A stretch of DNA of 64,000 nt from an uncultured Pseudomonadota bacterium (GCA_902802115.1 CADCKW010000002.1:69744-133743); one strand, 5' to 3'; positions 39,154 through 48,325 are shown, numbered from the stretch's first letter. Translations and numbers: made by a program. The notes: generated from the letters alone by a model not told the origin.

Positions 39154-40161
39154 ATGGCCCAAGAAGAAATCATTTTTCCTAATAATATTAGAACTATCCG
39201 TTTGAATAACGGTATGAAGATGACGGAATTGGCACGCAGAACAGGATTAAGTCTGTCGGCGGTGTCCAAAATCGAAAAAGGCGTGCGTCGTTTAAACCAA
39301 AAACAGTTGCTGAATATATGCAATATTTTGGGTTGCAAACTCTCTGATATTTTCATCAAAGAATCCGATGCAGTTGCAGGTAAATGGCAAACAGAAATCA
39401 AACGCCGTTTAAATGATAATGAACATGGTGGTTTAAAGGTGTTTGGTTCGGGTCTGCGTAAAATCCGTCAAATCAAAGGAAAAACTATTGCCCAGGCGGC
39501 ACGCGATGCAGGTATGACTTTGTCTGTGTATCACAAAATCGAAATCGGCCAACGCGAAATTTATAAAAACGAAGTTGAACCTTTGGCTAAATCTTTTGCG
39601 ATGTCGGCAAATGAAATGTTTGATAAAATCGCAAATTTATATAAATCTGGCGAATTGACCAAACAAATCAACAAGGTCAAAGAACGCGTTAAATCTGTAT
39701 TGATTCCTGACAATCCTGTATCTGGGATTGATATGCACGACGGTTTGTATGGTGCAAAATTGTATGACAGTGCGCGTCGTAAATTGGTTCCGGTGTTTGG
39801 CTCACCTGCGGGCAAATCAATTTCTTTCAAGAAAAACGACAAAATTATGATTGTCGCACCAGCTTCATTGGAAGGTCGCAAATCTATTTATGCGGTTATA
39901 CCAAATTCAAAACGCAGTGGTGGATTTATTCCGGAAAAATCATATGTGTTCGTTGATGCGGCACAACCTGCAAATGTTGGCGATTTGGCATTGTGTATGA
40001 ATGCGGATTTTTCAAAGTTAAATCCTGATGATGTTGTTGATGCACATATTGCGGTGGTTCATAGTGATTCCAAGGGCAAAATGTATGGCGCATTGGTTGA
40101 TCCCCAAGAAAAAATCAGCGCAACAACTATGCACAAAGTCGTTTTGATTTTGACCGAATAA
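39154..40161 (+). CDS. XRE-family transcriptional regulator with two helix-turn-helix domains
   Basis: Two Cro/CI-type HTH repeats (IRTIRLNNGMKMTELARRTGLSLSAVSKIEKG and LRKIRQIKGKTIAQAARDAGMTLSVYHKIEIG) plus a C-terminal domain. Confidence 0.6.
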   Translation: MAQEEIIFPNNIRTIRLNNGMKMTELARRTGLSLSAVSKIEKGVRRLNQKQLLNICNILGCKLSDIFIKESDAVAGKWQTEIKRRLNDNEHGGLKVFGSGLRKIRQIKGKTIAQAARDAGMTLSVYHKIEIGQREIYKNEVEPLAKSFAMSANEMFDKIANLYKSGELTKQINKVKERVKSVLIPDNPVSGIDMHDGLYGAKLYDSARRKLVPVFGSPAGKSISFKKNDKIMIVAPASLEGRKSIYAVIPNSKRSGGFIPEKSYVFVDAAQPANVGDLALCMNADFSKLNPDDVVDAHIAVVHSDSKGKMYGALVDPQEKISATTMHKVVLILTE

Positions 40162-40181
40162 TTTTTATACGGAGAGAGAAT

Positions 40182-40841
40182 ATGAAACCAAAAGCAAATC
40201 TGGTCGCACAAAGATTGGTTAATCTGTATCGCCAAGAGCATGTTATATTGGGTGGCTGGGCCGCGTTAAATCCGGTATTTGTCCAAGAAGCCACAGACGA
40301 TGTTTTGGACGAAATGGCAGATTTGCCGACTGGTAAATTATTGGTTCAACATATTAAAAATCTGCGCAGTGGTAAAACACCAATGGATTCAATCGAACGC
40401 GATTTGTTGCCATACGGTGGTTTAATGGGCGAATCTGGTGTATCAACCCCAATGTCAAACGAACAATGGCACGAATTAAGTGATGCATTGAATAATTTTG
40501 TTCCAAACCAACAAGGTCTTGAAAATCTACAAAAATTAGATGTTGTAAAAAAATTCGGTGACGAGTGGTTGGTTGGAATTAAAAACATGCTGTCTGGGGA
40601 CACAGAATTGGCTGAAAAATGGAAGGTTGTTATGCAAACTTGGCGCGCATATCATTTGTGGGATATGGCAACCCAGATAATCAACCAACCATTAACAGAA
40701 CGTATGCGCGCACAAATCCAAGCCGATATGCCAGAATACGAAACTTTCTTGCCAATGTTTGCAGAACCCGGCAATCAGTTGTTGGCAAAATTGCGTTCTT
40801 TTATGAGTGATAAAAAACGCCCAAGTTCAACCGATAATTAA
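40182..40841 (+). CDS. hypothetical protein
   Basis: ORF track only; RBS GGAGAGAG upstream. Confidence 0.4.
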   Translation: MKPKANLVAQRLVNLYRQEHVILGGWAALNPVFVQEATDDVLDEMADLPTGKLLVQHIKNLRSGKTPMDSIERDLLPYGGLMGESGVSTPMSNEQWHELSDALNNFVPNQQGLENLQKLDVVKKFGDEWLVGIKNMLSGDTELAEKWKVVMQTWRAYHLWDMATQIINQPLTERMRAQIQADMPEYETFLPMFAEPGNQLLAKLRSFMSDKKRPSSTDN

Positions 40842-40843
40842 CA

Positions 40844-41455
40844 TTATTCGCCCTGCTCTGTATTTTCTGTGCGATATATTGTATCGGTGGTGTGTGGTGT
40901 GCCGATATATATTATTGTGCCATGGGGCGACAAAATAAAATCTAATTCACGCAGTCTTTCACGCAGTGCCTCGCGTTTTTGTGGGGTATTGCATGTATTT
41001 GGAACCTCTACGTCATCACATATTATTAAATCTGCACGCATACCTGTTATATTACCATGGATTCCTTGGCATACAACAGACGGTTCGCGAATACCAATTG
41101 GACGATTTATTGTTATTTTATCTGCCGACCATTCTTTTTTCGATTTTGGAATTAAATCTGTGCAAAACGGGTGGTTTTCCAATATATTTTTTATATGTGC
41201 CACCATGCGTGATGCCAATGCGGTGTGTGCAGATAAAACCAAAATTCTGGTTTCTGGGTGTAAATATAAAACACATGCCGCAAAAATTCCAACAACTGTT
41301 GATTTGCCAGAATGACGAAATGCCATCAGCAAACCTTTACGATTATTAGATTCCAATACACCAAATAAAAATTTTAACATTTCGTAATGATGATGCGGTG
41401 TTTGGTATCCTAAAATTTTGTTCCATTGGTCTGCAAATTGTAATACAGGATTCAT
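40844..41455 (-). pseudogene. terminase large subunit, N-terminal ATPase-domain fragment
   Basis: Walker A AFRHSGKSTV, Walker B ADLIICDDVE; ends where the plus-strand insert begins; same strand and order as the nuclease fragment at 36654-37700. Confidence 0.6.
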
Positions 41456-41460
41456 CGATT

Positions 41461-41808
41461 TTATCCAACAATTTTATTAACACGCGACAACCAAGATTTT
41501 AATAAATTTGGTTTTTTGGCGGATGTGGTGGCTATTTTTGCCAAATTAGAATTCTTTTTTTCATTATATGGTTCGGCAATTTCATCACGCAATCTATTTA
41601 ATACCGCGCCAGATGTGGTGCTGGACGCACTGACGCCGGATGCGCCATATTTTGCGCGTTGTGTTGCCAAGGCTTTTTTTATTAAATTTGTTTTTGCGCG
41701 TTCGTCTTTGGCAATTTGTTGTAAAATTTCTTGCCGTTTATTGTTTGATGATTTTTTGTTTTTTTGATAATTCAAAACATCTGTGACATCTGATACAAGT
41801 TGTCCCAT
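41461..41808 (-). CDS. small phage protein upstream of terminase (possible small terminase subunit)
   Basis: Basic, helical; start taken at ATG 41808 with AAGGAG RBS. Confidence 0.3.
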   Translation of the reverse strand: MGQLVSDVTDVLNYQKNKKSSNNKRQEILQQIAKDERAKTNLIKKALATQRAKYGASGVSASSTTSGAVLNRLRDEIAEPYNEKKNSNLAKIATTSAKKPNLLKSWLSRVNKIVG

Positions 41809-41824
41809 TTTAAACTCCTTTGGA

Positions 41825-43537
41825 TTAAATTTCATATTGTCCGTAAATTGTGACAGATAACACCGTAATTGGTTCAGGTTCATTACCACTGATTTGCCAT
41901 GGTGATATCGATACATCAATTTGCGAACCTAAAAAATTCATAGATATATCGCCAGAAAAACCACTGGACGACGCATCATAAATTTCGTTTGGTAATTCCA
42001 GGCGCATATTGTTTATAAATGCCCCTTTGGTTTCCACCAGCCGTAAATTGACTTTGCGTAATCTTAAATGTTTTGGTCTGTGTCCTGAAAAAGACAAAGG
42101 TAATCCAGATGCGCAAAATTCTATATCATGCGTTCCAGAATCTGTCAATGCGGTGCCAGAAAACTTTGCTAATTTATATGTGCCTGTGTTTTCCAATACA
42201 ACATACGTTGTGTTTCCTATGACCACAACAGATTTAAATTTTGCATACGAACTGTATCGCGACCATGCAGAAATACCCAAACCAACATTTTGATTTAATA
42301 CCGCCATGGTGCCATCTGCATTTACCAAATATAATTGTTTTAACTCTTTGTTATACGTAATATCCACAGGCGAATTTAACATATGTTTTGAAAACAAACA
42401 TAAATCATCAGCATTATACCTTTCGCCAAGTGTATCCAATGACAATTTGCGAATATCACGCAGTGTGCTGGATACAAACACTGTATCACCTTCGATTTTT
42501 TGTGGTGGTAAATTACATATGGTTGGGCTGCCAACGGTGGTGTGTTGAACTATATTCATACTGGACGGTGTGACCGGTTGATTTGCGATTGCCCATTCAC
42601 CCGCAGATGTTAAAACCTGTAATTTATCACTGCTGATTAAACTGCAAACTTGCTGGCGTTCTTTGGATAACAAAGTTGTTGAAATTGCCTCGTCATCTAA
42701 GCCAGAGCCCGCATCAAAATTATGATAATCACCAACATGCGACATCCATATTCCCCCAGGTGTTGCGCGTGTTCCACCAAAAACTAATCTGTCTTGGTGA
42801 AATGTGATTGCAATTGGCCAACCATGTTTATCATCAAATGCACTTTCCAACCAATCTGTCACAGGGGCAGCCGGCAAAGAATATTCAATTGTGCTGGTGG
42901 CATAAACGACTGTGGGACTTATATATTCTGTAATTTGCCAATTTTGGTTATTAAAACGCAATATTGTGCCAATATTATCGGGTGTCCAATAATTTTTAGA
43001 TGCAGTTAATATTGCAGATTGTACGCCATGAATTCCGGCTGTGACAGATATGTTGATACCATACATGTCATCATATTTCATAAATGGCATACGCGGATAT
43101 ACACCTGTGGTGTCGTAAAAATTAAATTTATCCAGAGTAAAATCATTTCCTGATTTTTTAAATACATACGGACAATAATCAGGTTGAACAAAAACCAACG
43201 AATCACTGAAACCGGCGCATTGTAAATGTGTAAGTGCAGATTCTGGCCATGGGGAACTTATTATTTTCAACAATGTATCATTTGAATATACGGATACTGT
43301 ATTATTTGAAAACACCAAAATATAATGTTCTGTATTTGAAATATCATATGAAAAAATACGCGAAAAACCTGGCAATATGGCGACATCAACCAAACCGGCG
43401 CGACGCGTTAATCCCCCACCAGACAATACGTCCATATTTTCCAAACGTGACAGACCATAAATATCTTTGTTCAAATAAAATTCTGGCGCAATTTCACCAT
43501 GCGCAAATGAATTTTGCGTGTGTATAAATTCTGTCAT
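41825..43537 (-). CDS. phage tail protein (possibly T7 gp12-like tail tubular protein B)
   Basis: 570 aa, beta-rich; segment ITFHQDRLVFGGT...NF resembles a recalled conserved gp12 motif (inference). Confidence 0.35.
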   Translation of the reverse strand: MTEFIHTQNSFAHGEIAPEFYLNKDIYGLSRLENMDVLSGGGLTRRAGLVDVAILPGFSRIFSYDISNTEHYILVFSNNTVSVYSNDTLLKIISSPWPESALTHLQCAGFSDSLVFVQPDYCPYVFKKSGNDFTLDKFNFYDTTGVYPRMPFMKYDDMYGINISVTAGIHGVQSAILTASKNYWTPDNIGTILRFNNQNWQITEYISPTVVYATSTIEYSLPAAPVTDWLESAFDDKHGWPIAITFHQDRLVFGGTRATPGGIWMSHVGDYHNFDAGSGLDDEAISTTLLSKERQQVCSLISSDKLQVLTSAGEWAIANQPVTPSSMNIVQHTTVGSPTICNLPPQKIEGDTVFVSSTLRDIRKLSLDTLGERYNADDLCLFSKHMLNSPVDITYNKELKQLYLVNADGTMAVLNQNVGLGISAWSRYSSYAKFKSVVVIGNTTYVVLENTGTYKLAKFSGTALTDSGTHDIEFCASGLPLSFSGHRPKHLRLRKVNLRLVETKGAFINNMRLELPNEIYDASSSGFSGDISMNFLGSQIDVSISPWQISGNEPEPITVLSVTIYGQYEI

Positions 43538-43559
43538 TTCATTTCCTTTTTTTAAATAT

Positions 43560-44078
43560 TTAAAATCGTGCGTCTATCAAAGAAAATTGCCTGACCCCGG
43601 TATTAATATCTGTGGTGGAATCAATAAATTTCGCGTTTTGATATTCTGCGTCGTATAAGTTAATTAATATCCGCAACATCTGTTGATTGCCGGTCAAAGG
43701 CACACAAAATTCTATTGCCAATTTTGTTGCCGCCAATGATACAAAATAACTGGGGAAAAATTCTGGTTCAACACGTTGCAAAGCCAATATTTTTACACTT
43801 TGTGATTTCGATATAATTTTATTACCAATAATATGTCCATCACAACGCAATATACGCAAAACATTTGATGGTATTATAAATTCATCATTTTCATTTTTTT
43901 CAATTTCAAAATTTTTTGATGCAAAATGCCAAGGGTGTGTTGATATCAACGAATCAATCGTTGTGTCGTATAATGTTCGCGCCAATTGCGCAGATGCGGT
44001 ATCTGCATTTATCGATGTTAATGGTTGTTCGCCTAATTTTAATAATGCCATAGAACATAAATCTTGTTTAGTGACCAT
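43560..44078 (-). CDS. phage structural protein (possibly gp11-like tail adaptor)
   Basis: 172 aa between the capsid and the large tail protein; by position only. Confidence 0.3.
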   Translation of the reverse strand: MVTKQDLCSMALLKLGEQPLTSINADTASAQLARTLYDTTIDSLISTHPWHFASKNFEIEKNENDEFIIPSNVLRILRCDGHIIGNKIISKSQSVKILALQRVEPEFFPSYFVSLAATKLAIEFCVPLTGNQQMLRILINLYDAEYQNAKFIDSTTDINTGVRQFSLIDARF

Positions 44079-44159
44079 ATTGAAATCCTTTATAAAAAAA
44101 TAAAAAAAAGGGGCGCAAACAATCGCGCCCCAAATGGTTGGATTATATATTATTTATTT

Positions 44160-44390
44160 TTAAGCCAACGCACCAACAGATACCGCCGATGCCGAAACAG
44201 TAATTTTCTTGATTGCTGTGCTGTCCGATGCATTGATAATGATAATATCGCCAGTATTCATCAATGTAATAACATTATTGAAATAACCACTGGTGCTAAT
44301 CGCCGTCATTGTTTCGTCTGCGACATAGTGCCACAAAGTGAAACCATTTGCATACGCAATCACAGATAATTTTTTATTTTGAAATGCCAT
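44160..44390 (-). CDS. small phage structural protein
   Basis: 76 aa ORF between capsid and tail genes. Confidence 0.25.
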   Translation of the reverse strand: MAFQNKKLSVIAYANGFTLWHYVADETMTAISTSGYFNNVITLMNTGDIIIINASDSTAIKKITVSASAVSVGALA

Positions 44391-44428
44391 CTGTTTTTCC
44401 TTTTGGTTGTTTTGTTAAAGCGTTAAAT

Positions 44429-45253
44429 TTATGCATTATCTTTGCATTTGACACGAACGATACCGTCTTGGTCAATCAATACGGCACCTTGGGACATGCT
44501 GTTGCTGATAAAGTGCGCTGCACGATCACCATGCCAAGAAATATCTGTTTTGACCTCTTGACCACATGCATGACCGATACTGGACGCATGATATATAAAG
44601 CAACTGCGTTGTGTTGTGCTGGCAAGTGGCAAATCATTGTGCAAAATCCATGTAATGCCCATCCATTTGCGAGCCTCGTATCCGTTTATCATTGGATATG
44701 AATCACCAACATAATCAGCAGATACAAATTCATTTATGCCCAATAATTCGTTCCATTGATGCACACCAACCACAGCAAATCTGCGACCGTCATCAGGAAC
44801 ATCTTTTTCATTTAATTTTTCAATGGCTTCCAAAATCAATGATTTGGTTAAACCTGTTGAAAAATCTCCAACATACGCAGTGGCATTATCCATGGCGCTA
44901 ATAATCAATTCATCAGTTTTACGACCCAATGCATATGCACCCGCAGATGCAACAACACGACGTTCATCGACATTGGTTTTTAATTCGTCCAAAGAATCGA
45001 CCCAATCACCTGCATAATAATCTTGCAAAACACATTCCACAGGTTGATGATTCAAATTCATAACTGGGACAATACCATGTCTGGATTTTGTGCTGGCGGT
45101 GCCACGACCGATTGTTTGAAAAGTGGTTGATTGTCCAACAACACCGGTTTTGCTGCGAACGGTTGGACGCAATTTTGTGCCCATTTGCTGATATGCAAGA
45201 TGAACATCTGCTTCGAATTGTTTCACAAAAACTTGATCTATGGAAACAGACAT
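44429..45253 (-). CDS. phage major capsid protein (podovirus/T7 gp10-like)
   Basis: 274 aa; C-terminal FIYHASSIGHACG...AHFISNSMSQGAVLID resembles T7 gp10 FMHRSAVGTVK...AKYAMGHGG; follows a scaffold-like gene. Confidence 0.45.
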   Translation of the reverse strand: MSVSIDQVFVKQFEADVHLAYQQMGTKLRPTVRSKTGVVGQSTTFQTIGRGTASTKSRHGIVPVMNLNHQPVECVLQDYYAGDWVDSLDELKTNVDERRVVASAGAYALGRKTDELIISAMDNATAYVGDFSTGLTKSLILEAIEKLNEKDVPDDGRRFAVVGVHQWNELLGINEFVSADYVGDSYPMINGYEARKWMGITWILHNDLPLASTTQRSCFIYHASSIGHACGQEVKTDISWHGDRAAHFISNSMSQGAVLIDQDGIVRVKCKDNA

Positions 45254-45395
45254 ATTTATTCCTTTTTGTTAAAAATTAAATTCATGTGCAAAAATGCACG
45301 ACAATAAAAAAAGATTTTGTTTTTTTGATTATGCAAATGAAATATTTGCGTCATATAACAAAAATGCGGGGTCAAACGGTGATTATCCTGCAACA

Positions 45396-45430
45396 GTTTT
45401 AGTTAGACTTTTTTTCATCTAACTAAAATT
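45396..45430. promoter_or_regulatory. 11-bp perfect inverted repeat in the capsid-gene upstream region
   Basis: TTTTAGTTAGA-N10-TCTAACTAAAA between the histone-like gene terminator and the capsid start. Confidence 0.35.
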
Positions 45431-45439
45431 ATTACAAAA

Positions 45440-45466
45440 AAACCGCAACGAATTGCGGTTTTTTTA
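45440..45466. terminator. bidirectional terminator hairpin
   Basis: AAAAAAACCGCAACGAATTGCGGTTTTTTT. Confidence 0.55.
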
Positions 45467-45485
45467 AATCACTTTAAAAGAAAAA

Positions 45486-45842
45486 TTATTTTCTTTTAGC
45501 AGCTGGTTTTTTGCATGCGCATTTTTTTGCCGCTGGTTTTGCAGCAACTTTTTTTGCAACAGGCTTTTTAGCAGCAACTTTTTTCACAGCGACTTTTTTA
45601 GCAGCTGGTTTTTTCGCAGCAACTTTTTTAGCCGCTGGTTTTTTTGCAGCAACTTTTTTCACTGCTGGTTTTTTCGCAGCAACTTTTTTTACAGCTGGTT
45701 TTTTTGCAGCAACTTTTTTCACTGCTGTTTTTTTTGCAGCTGGCTTTTTAGCAGCAGCTGGTTTTTTAGCGGCAACTTTTTTTGCAGCAGGTTTTGCAGC
45801 TGCAGGTTTTGTTGCTTTCTTTGCCAAGAATGAAAATGCCAT
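45486..45842 (-). CDS. histone H1-like Lys/Ala-repeat DNA-binding protein
   Basis: 118 aa of (AAKKPA/VKKV) repeats, resembling Hc1/BpH1/AlgP-type proteins; encoded by about 30-bp tandem DNA repeats. Confidence 0.6.
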   Translation of the reverse strand: MAFSFLAKKATKPAAAKPAAKKVAAKKPAAAKKPAAKKTAVKKVAAKKPAVKKVAAKKPAVKKVAAKKPAAKKVAAKKPAAKKVAVKKVAAKKPVAKKVAAKPAAKKCACKKPAAKRK

Positions 45843-45969
45843 TCTTCTCTCCTTTTTATGTTTTGGTTAGAACAAAACTTTTTTTGTTCTTGATTCTATT
45901 TTAACTTAAACAAAAAAAATAGTAAAGAAGAATTTGATTTTTTATGAAATGTTTTTTCATTTTTTTATT

Positions 45970-46626
45970 TTATGAATACAATTTTTTAAAACCATTTTCA
46001 ATTTTTCTAACATATTCTGGATCTGCATCTCGCCAATATTTTGGGTCACGCATCATGCGTCGCAATTCATCATCTGTTAAATTTTCTGTCGCACCATTTT
46101 CCATTTCAACACGTGGTTCCATTGATTGCATCATTTGATATATGCCTTGGATTCCCTGGGCGCTGGCGCACAAAGATTCAAATGCATCATGTGGTAAAAA
46201 TTTTTCACCAAATGTATTTATCGCATTTAATGCATCGTTCATTTTTTCTTTGCCACCAAAAAATTTTTCCAATTTTAAAATTTCATTTGTTTCATTTTTT
46301 GCACTCATCAATTCATTTATCACAGGTGATAAAAATTTTTCTGCCAAACCATAAATTTGTTCAACTTGATTTTTTGTTAATCCAATATCATGAAATTTTT
46401 GTTTAATCGATTCGTCATCGAACAACGCATTTGATGGATAATCATTTGCATTTTCTGGCACACCAATTGCACGATTAAATTTTTCACGCGTGGCATCATC
46501 GGCATTATCATTTGGCACAGATACCATCGTTCCAATTTTCTTTTCCAATTCTGTATATGATTTTACCAACGCATCAACATTAACCGAACCGTCAGTGTTT
46601 TGAAATTTTTCTGGGATTTTTTGCAT
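45970..46626 (-). CDS. phage scaffolding/capsid-assembly-like protein
   Basis: Acidic helical protein directly upstream of the capsid; start at MQKIPEKF (46626) with AAGGA RBS. Confidence 0.4.
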   Translation of the reverse strand: MQKIPEKFQNTDGSVNVDALVKSYTELEKKIGTMVSVPNDNADDATREKFNRAIGVPENANDYPSNALFDDESIKQKFHDIGLTKNQVEQIYGLAEKFLSPVINELMSAKNETNEILKLEKFFGGKEKMNDALNAINTFGEKFLPHDAFESLCASAQGIQGIYQMMQSMEPRVEMENGATENLTDDELRRMMRDPKYWRDADPEYVRKIENGFKKLYS

Positions 46627-46822
46627 TGTTATTCCTTTTTGTTTCTGTTGATTTGCGCAGAAAATAAATTCCGCCAAGTGTAAATATCGATTGCAGTGTT
46701 ATAAACAAATCTGTATCACCAACCAAATAAGATGCGACGGCAGACAAAATTCCCACAGATGATATTATATATGTTCTGTGTCCTGCCAATGCGCCACCGC
46801 GAATAATTTTTTGCATTTTCAT
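46592..46822 (-). CDS. small two-TM protein (holin-like)
   Basis: 76 aa, two hydrophobic helices, basic C-terminus; adjacent to the cell-wall hydrolase. Confidence 0.3.
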   Translation of the reverse strand: MKMQKIIRGGALAGHRTYIISSVGILSAVASYLVGDTDLFITLQSIFTLGGIYFLRKSTETKRNNNAKNPRKISKH

Positions 46823-46835
46823 TTTTTATATTCCG

Positions 46836-47246
46836 TTATCGATAGAAAAACAAACCGTCCATTTCCAAAATATAACCACGTGCGATTGACCATGATGGAT
46901 TAAATTCATTGCGATGAAATTTGGTTGCACCAAAACAACAATCTGGTAAATTGTTTTTTAACATTCTGTCGCAGACACGCAAACACATTTGAAATGCTTT
47001 GGCATTTGGATTTACATTTAATAAATCATGATGCGTTGATTTTTTATCCAGACTTTCAAATAATCCAGACTGTGTAATAAAATCAGTTGGTGAAATTCCA
47101 TTAACACGCGCACCATTTGCAATCATCGAAGCCAAGGCTTCAACAACACGCAGTGATTGCCCACATGTTTCTGCATATATTACACGTGCAATTTTATAAA
47201 CATCGCGTGCAAAATCGTTTTGATGTTTAATCAGTGTTAATTGCAT
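46836..47246 (-). CDS. SleB-type cell wall hydrolase
   Basis: IARVIYAETCGQS...VEALASMIANGAR matches the Hydrolase_2/SleB family common in alphaproteobacterial phage and GTA clusters. Confidence 0.6.
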   Translation of the reverse strand: MQLTLIKHQNDFARDVYKIARVIYAETCGQSLRVVEALASMIANGARVNGISPTDFITQSGLFESLDKKSTHHDLLNVNPNAKAFQMCLRVCDRMLKNNLPDCCFGATKFHRNEFNPSWSIARGYILEMDGLFFYR

Positions 47247-47420
47247 TGTGGTATCCTTTGGTTAAAATAAAAAAGGCCACGAAAAATCGTGACCAAAAAA
47301 TATGAGTAAAAAAAATCACGCCAAATGTGACGCGTATAATTTCTGCTCTTGATGGTTTGTATTATATCACAAATCGAGTTGCAAGTCAAGAATATTTCAA
47401 AATACATCGGTGCATTATAA

Positions 47421-47450
47421 AAAAACACCTGATTTTCATCAGGTGTTTCT
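47421..47450 (-). terminator. family 3' hairpin terminator (copy B)
   Basis: Reverse complement AACACCTGATGAAAATCAGGTGTTTTTTT, identical to the stems at 34685 and 34838. Confidence 0.6.
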
Positions 47451-47518
47451 TGATTTAGAAACAAAAGCCTCTTGTTTTTTAATGGGAGTTGAATTCGGGG
47501 CTTTCTAAATCAAAACTG

Positions 47519-48325
47519 TCAATCTGCGCTTTCGATAATCTCGTACCAATGGGGTTGGCCAGCATCGTCTTCAACCAGCAGGCATTTTTTGCCGGCGGGG
47601 CAGGTTTCATCTGGTCGGGTTTGTTTGGTTGCCTGCAAATCCGCAATGGCTTTTGTCTGGTTAATTGTATTTGTGACAACCGACCGTATCGTTGCAATCG
47701 TATCGTTCAATTCCGTCACCACCGGACTAAACCGCGCGGTGTTATACGCGGTTGTTGCAATGCGGATTGGATTAGTGTTGGTGCATTGAGGAATATTTGT
47801 ATTTGGTATTGCTTCGCCTTCAACCATTATAATTTTATCTTGTGTTGTTATTGAAATATCTGATCCAGAATTCCAGTTGGTTATTGATACAACAACGTAT
47901 TCTGTATCATCTGTGGTTGTAAAAGTTGTCTGTTTGGGTTGGACACCGGAGCCCAAAGAAAATGTGCTTTTATAATTTACTTGCTTATCTGGTACAATAG
48001 CATCAGCTTCGGTTCGATATCCCGCAACTTCAAAACCGCATTTATCTGCGCCAGACGGAACTGTGATATCTGTATATAGTGTGTATTTTGTATTTGGATT
48101 TACTTTGACTAATTTTACTGGAACATTTTGATATCCGCCTCCTGCCGTGGCATGAGTAATAGTTATTGGGAAACTAAAATTACGCTGGGTTGTATATAAA
48201 CTTGGTATCCAATTTGCTGTTCCGCCATTAGACCAAGTATCCATAGCGGGCAACATATTACACAGTTCTGCCCAACCAGGCACAGCGAACAATAACCCAA
48301 TTAACCCCAATAATATCTTTTTCAT
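47519..48325 (-). CDS. variable secreted protein family, copy B (type-II N-terminus, conserved C-terminal module)
   Basis: Signal peptide MKKILLGLIGLLFAVPGWA; C-terminal IRIATTAYNTARFSPVVTELNDTIATIRSVVTNTINQTKAIADLQATKQTRPDETCPAGKKCLLVEDDAGQPHWYEIIESAD; lies directly upstream of, and on the same strand as, the phage-like block. Confidence 0.7.
   Translation of the reverse strand: MKKILLGLIGLLFAVPGWAELCNMLPAMDTWSNGGTANWIPSLYTTQRNFSFPITITHATAGGGYQNVPVKLVKVNPNTKYTLYTDITVPSGADKCGFEVAGYRTEADAIVPDKQVNYKSTFSLGSGVQPKQTTFTTTDDTEYVVVSITNWNSGSDISITTQDKIIMVEGEAIPNTNIPQCTNTNPIRIATTAYNTARFSPVVTELNDTIATIRSVVTNTINQTKAIADLQATKQTRPDETCPAGKKCLLVEDDAGQPHWYEIIESAD

Noticed and set aside
36654-41455. Intein or group I/II intron splitting the terminase
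   Set aside because: The intervening 3.4 kb encodes three ordinary opposite-strand genes with their own signals and none of the hallmarks of self-splicing elements. Insertion or rearrangement is the simpler explanation.
45486-45842. Possible CRISPR array, given regular about 30-bp repeats
   Set aside because: The repeats are contiguous with no unique spacers and lie within a coding frame, so this is not a CRISPR architecture.
45511-45870. 119-aa plus-strand ORF (FAAGFAATFF...) overlapping the histone-like gene
   Set aside because: It is the antisense reading of the tandem 30-bp repeats. The minus-strand Lys/Ala-rich frame gives a recognisable histone H1-like protein, while the plus-strand product is a low-complexity Phe/Ala repeat.
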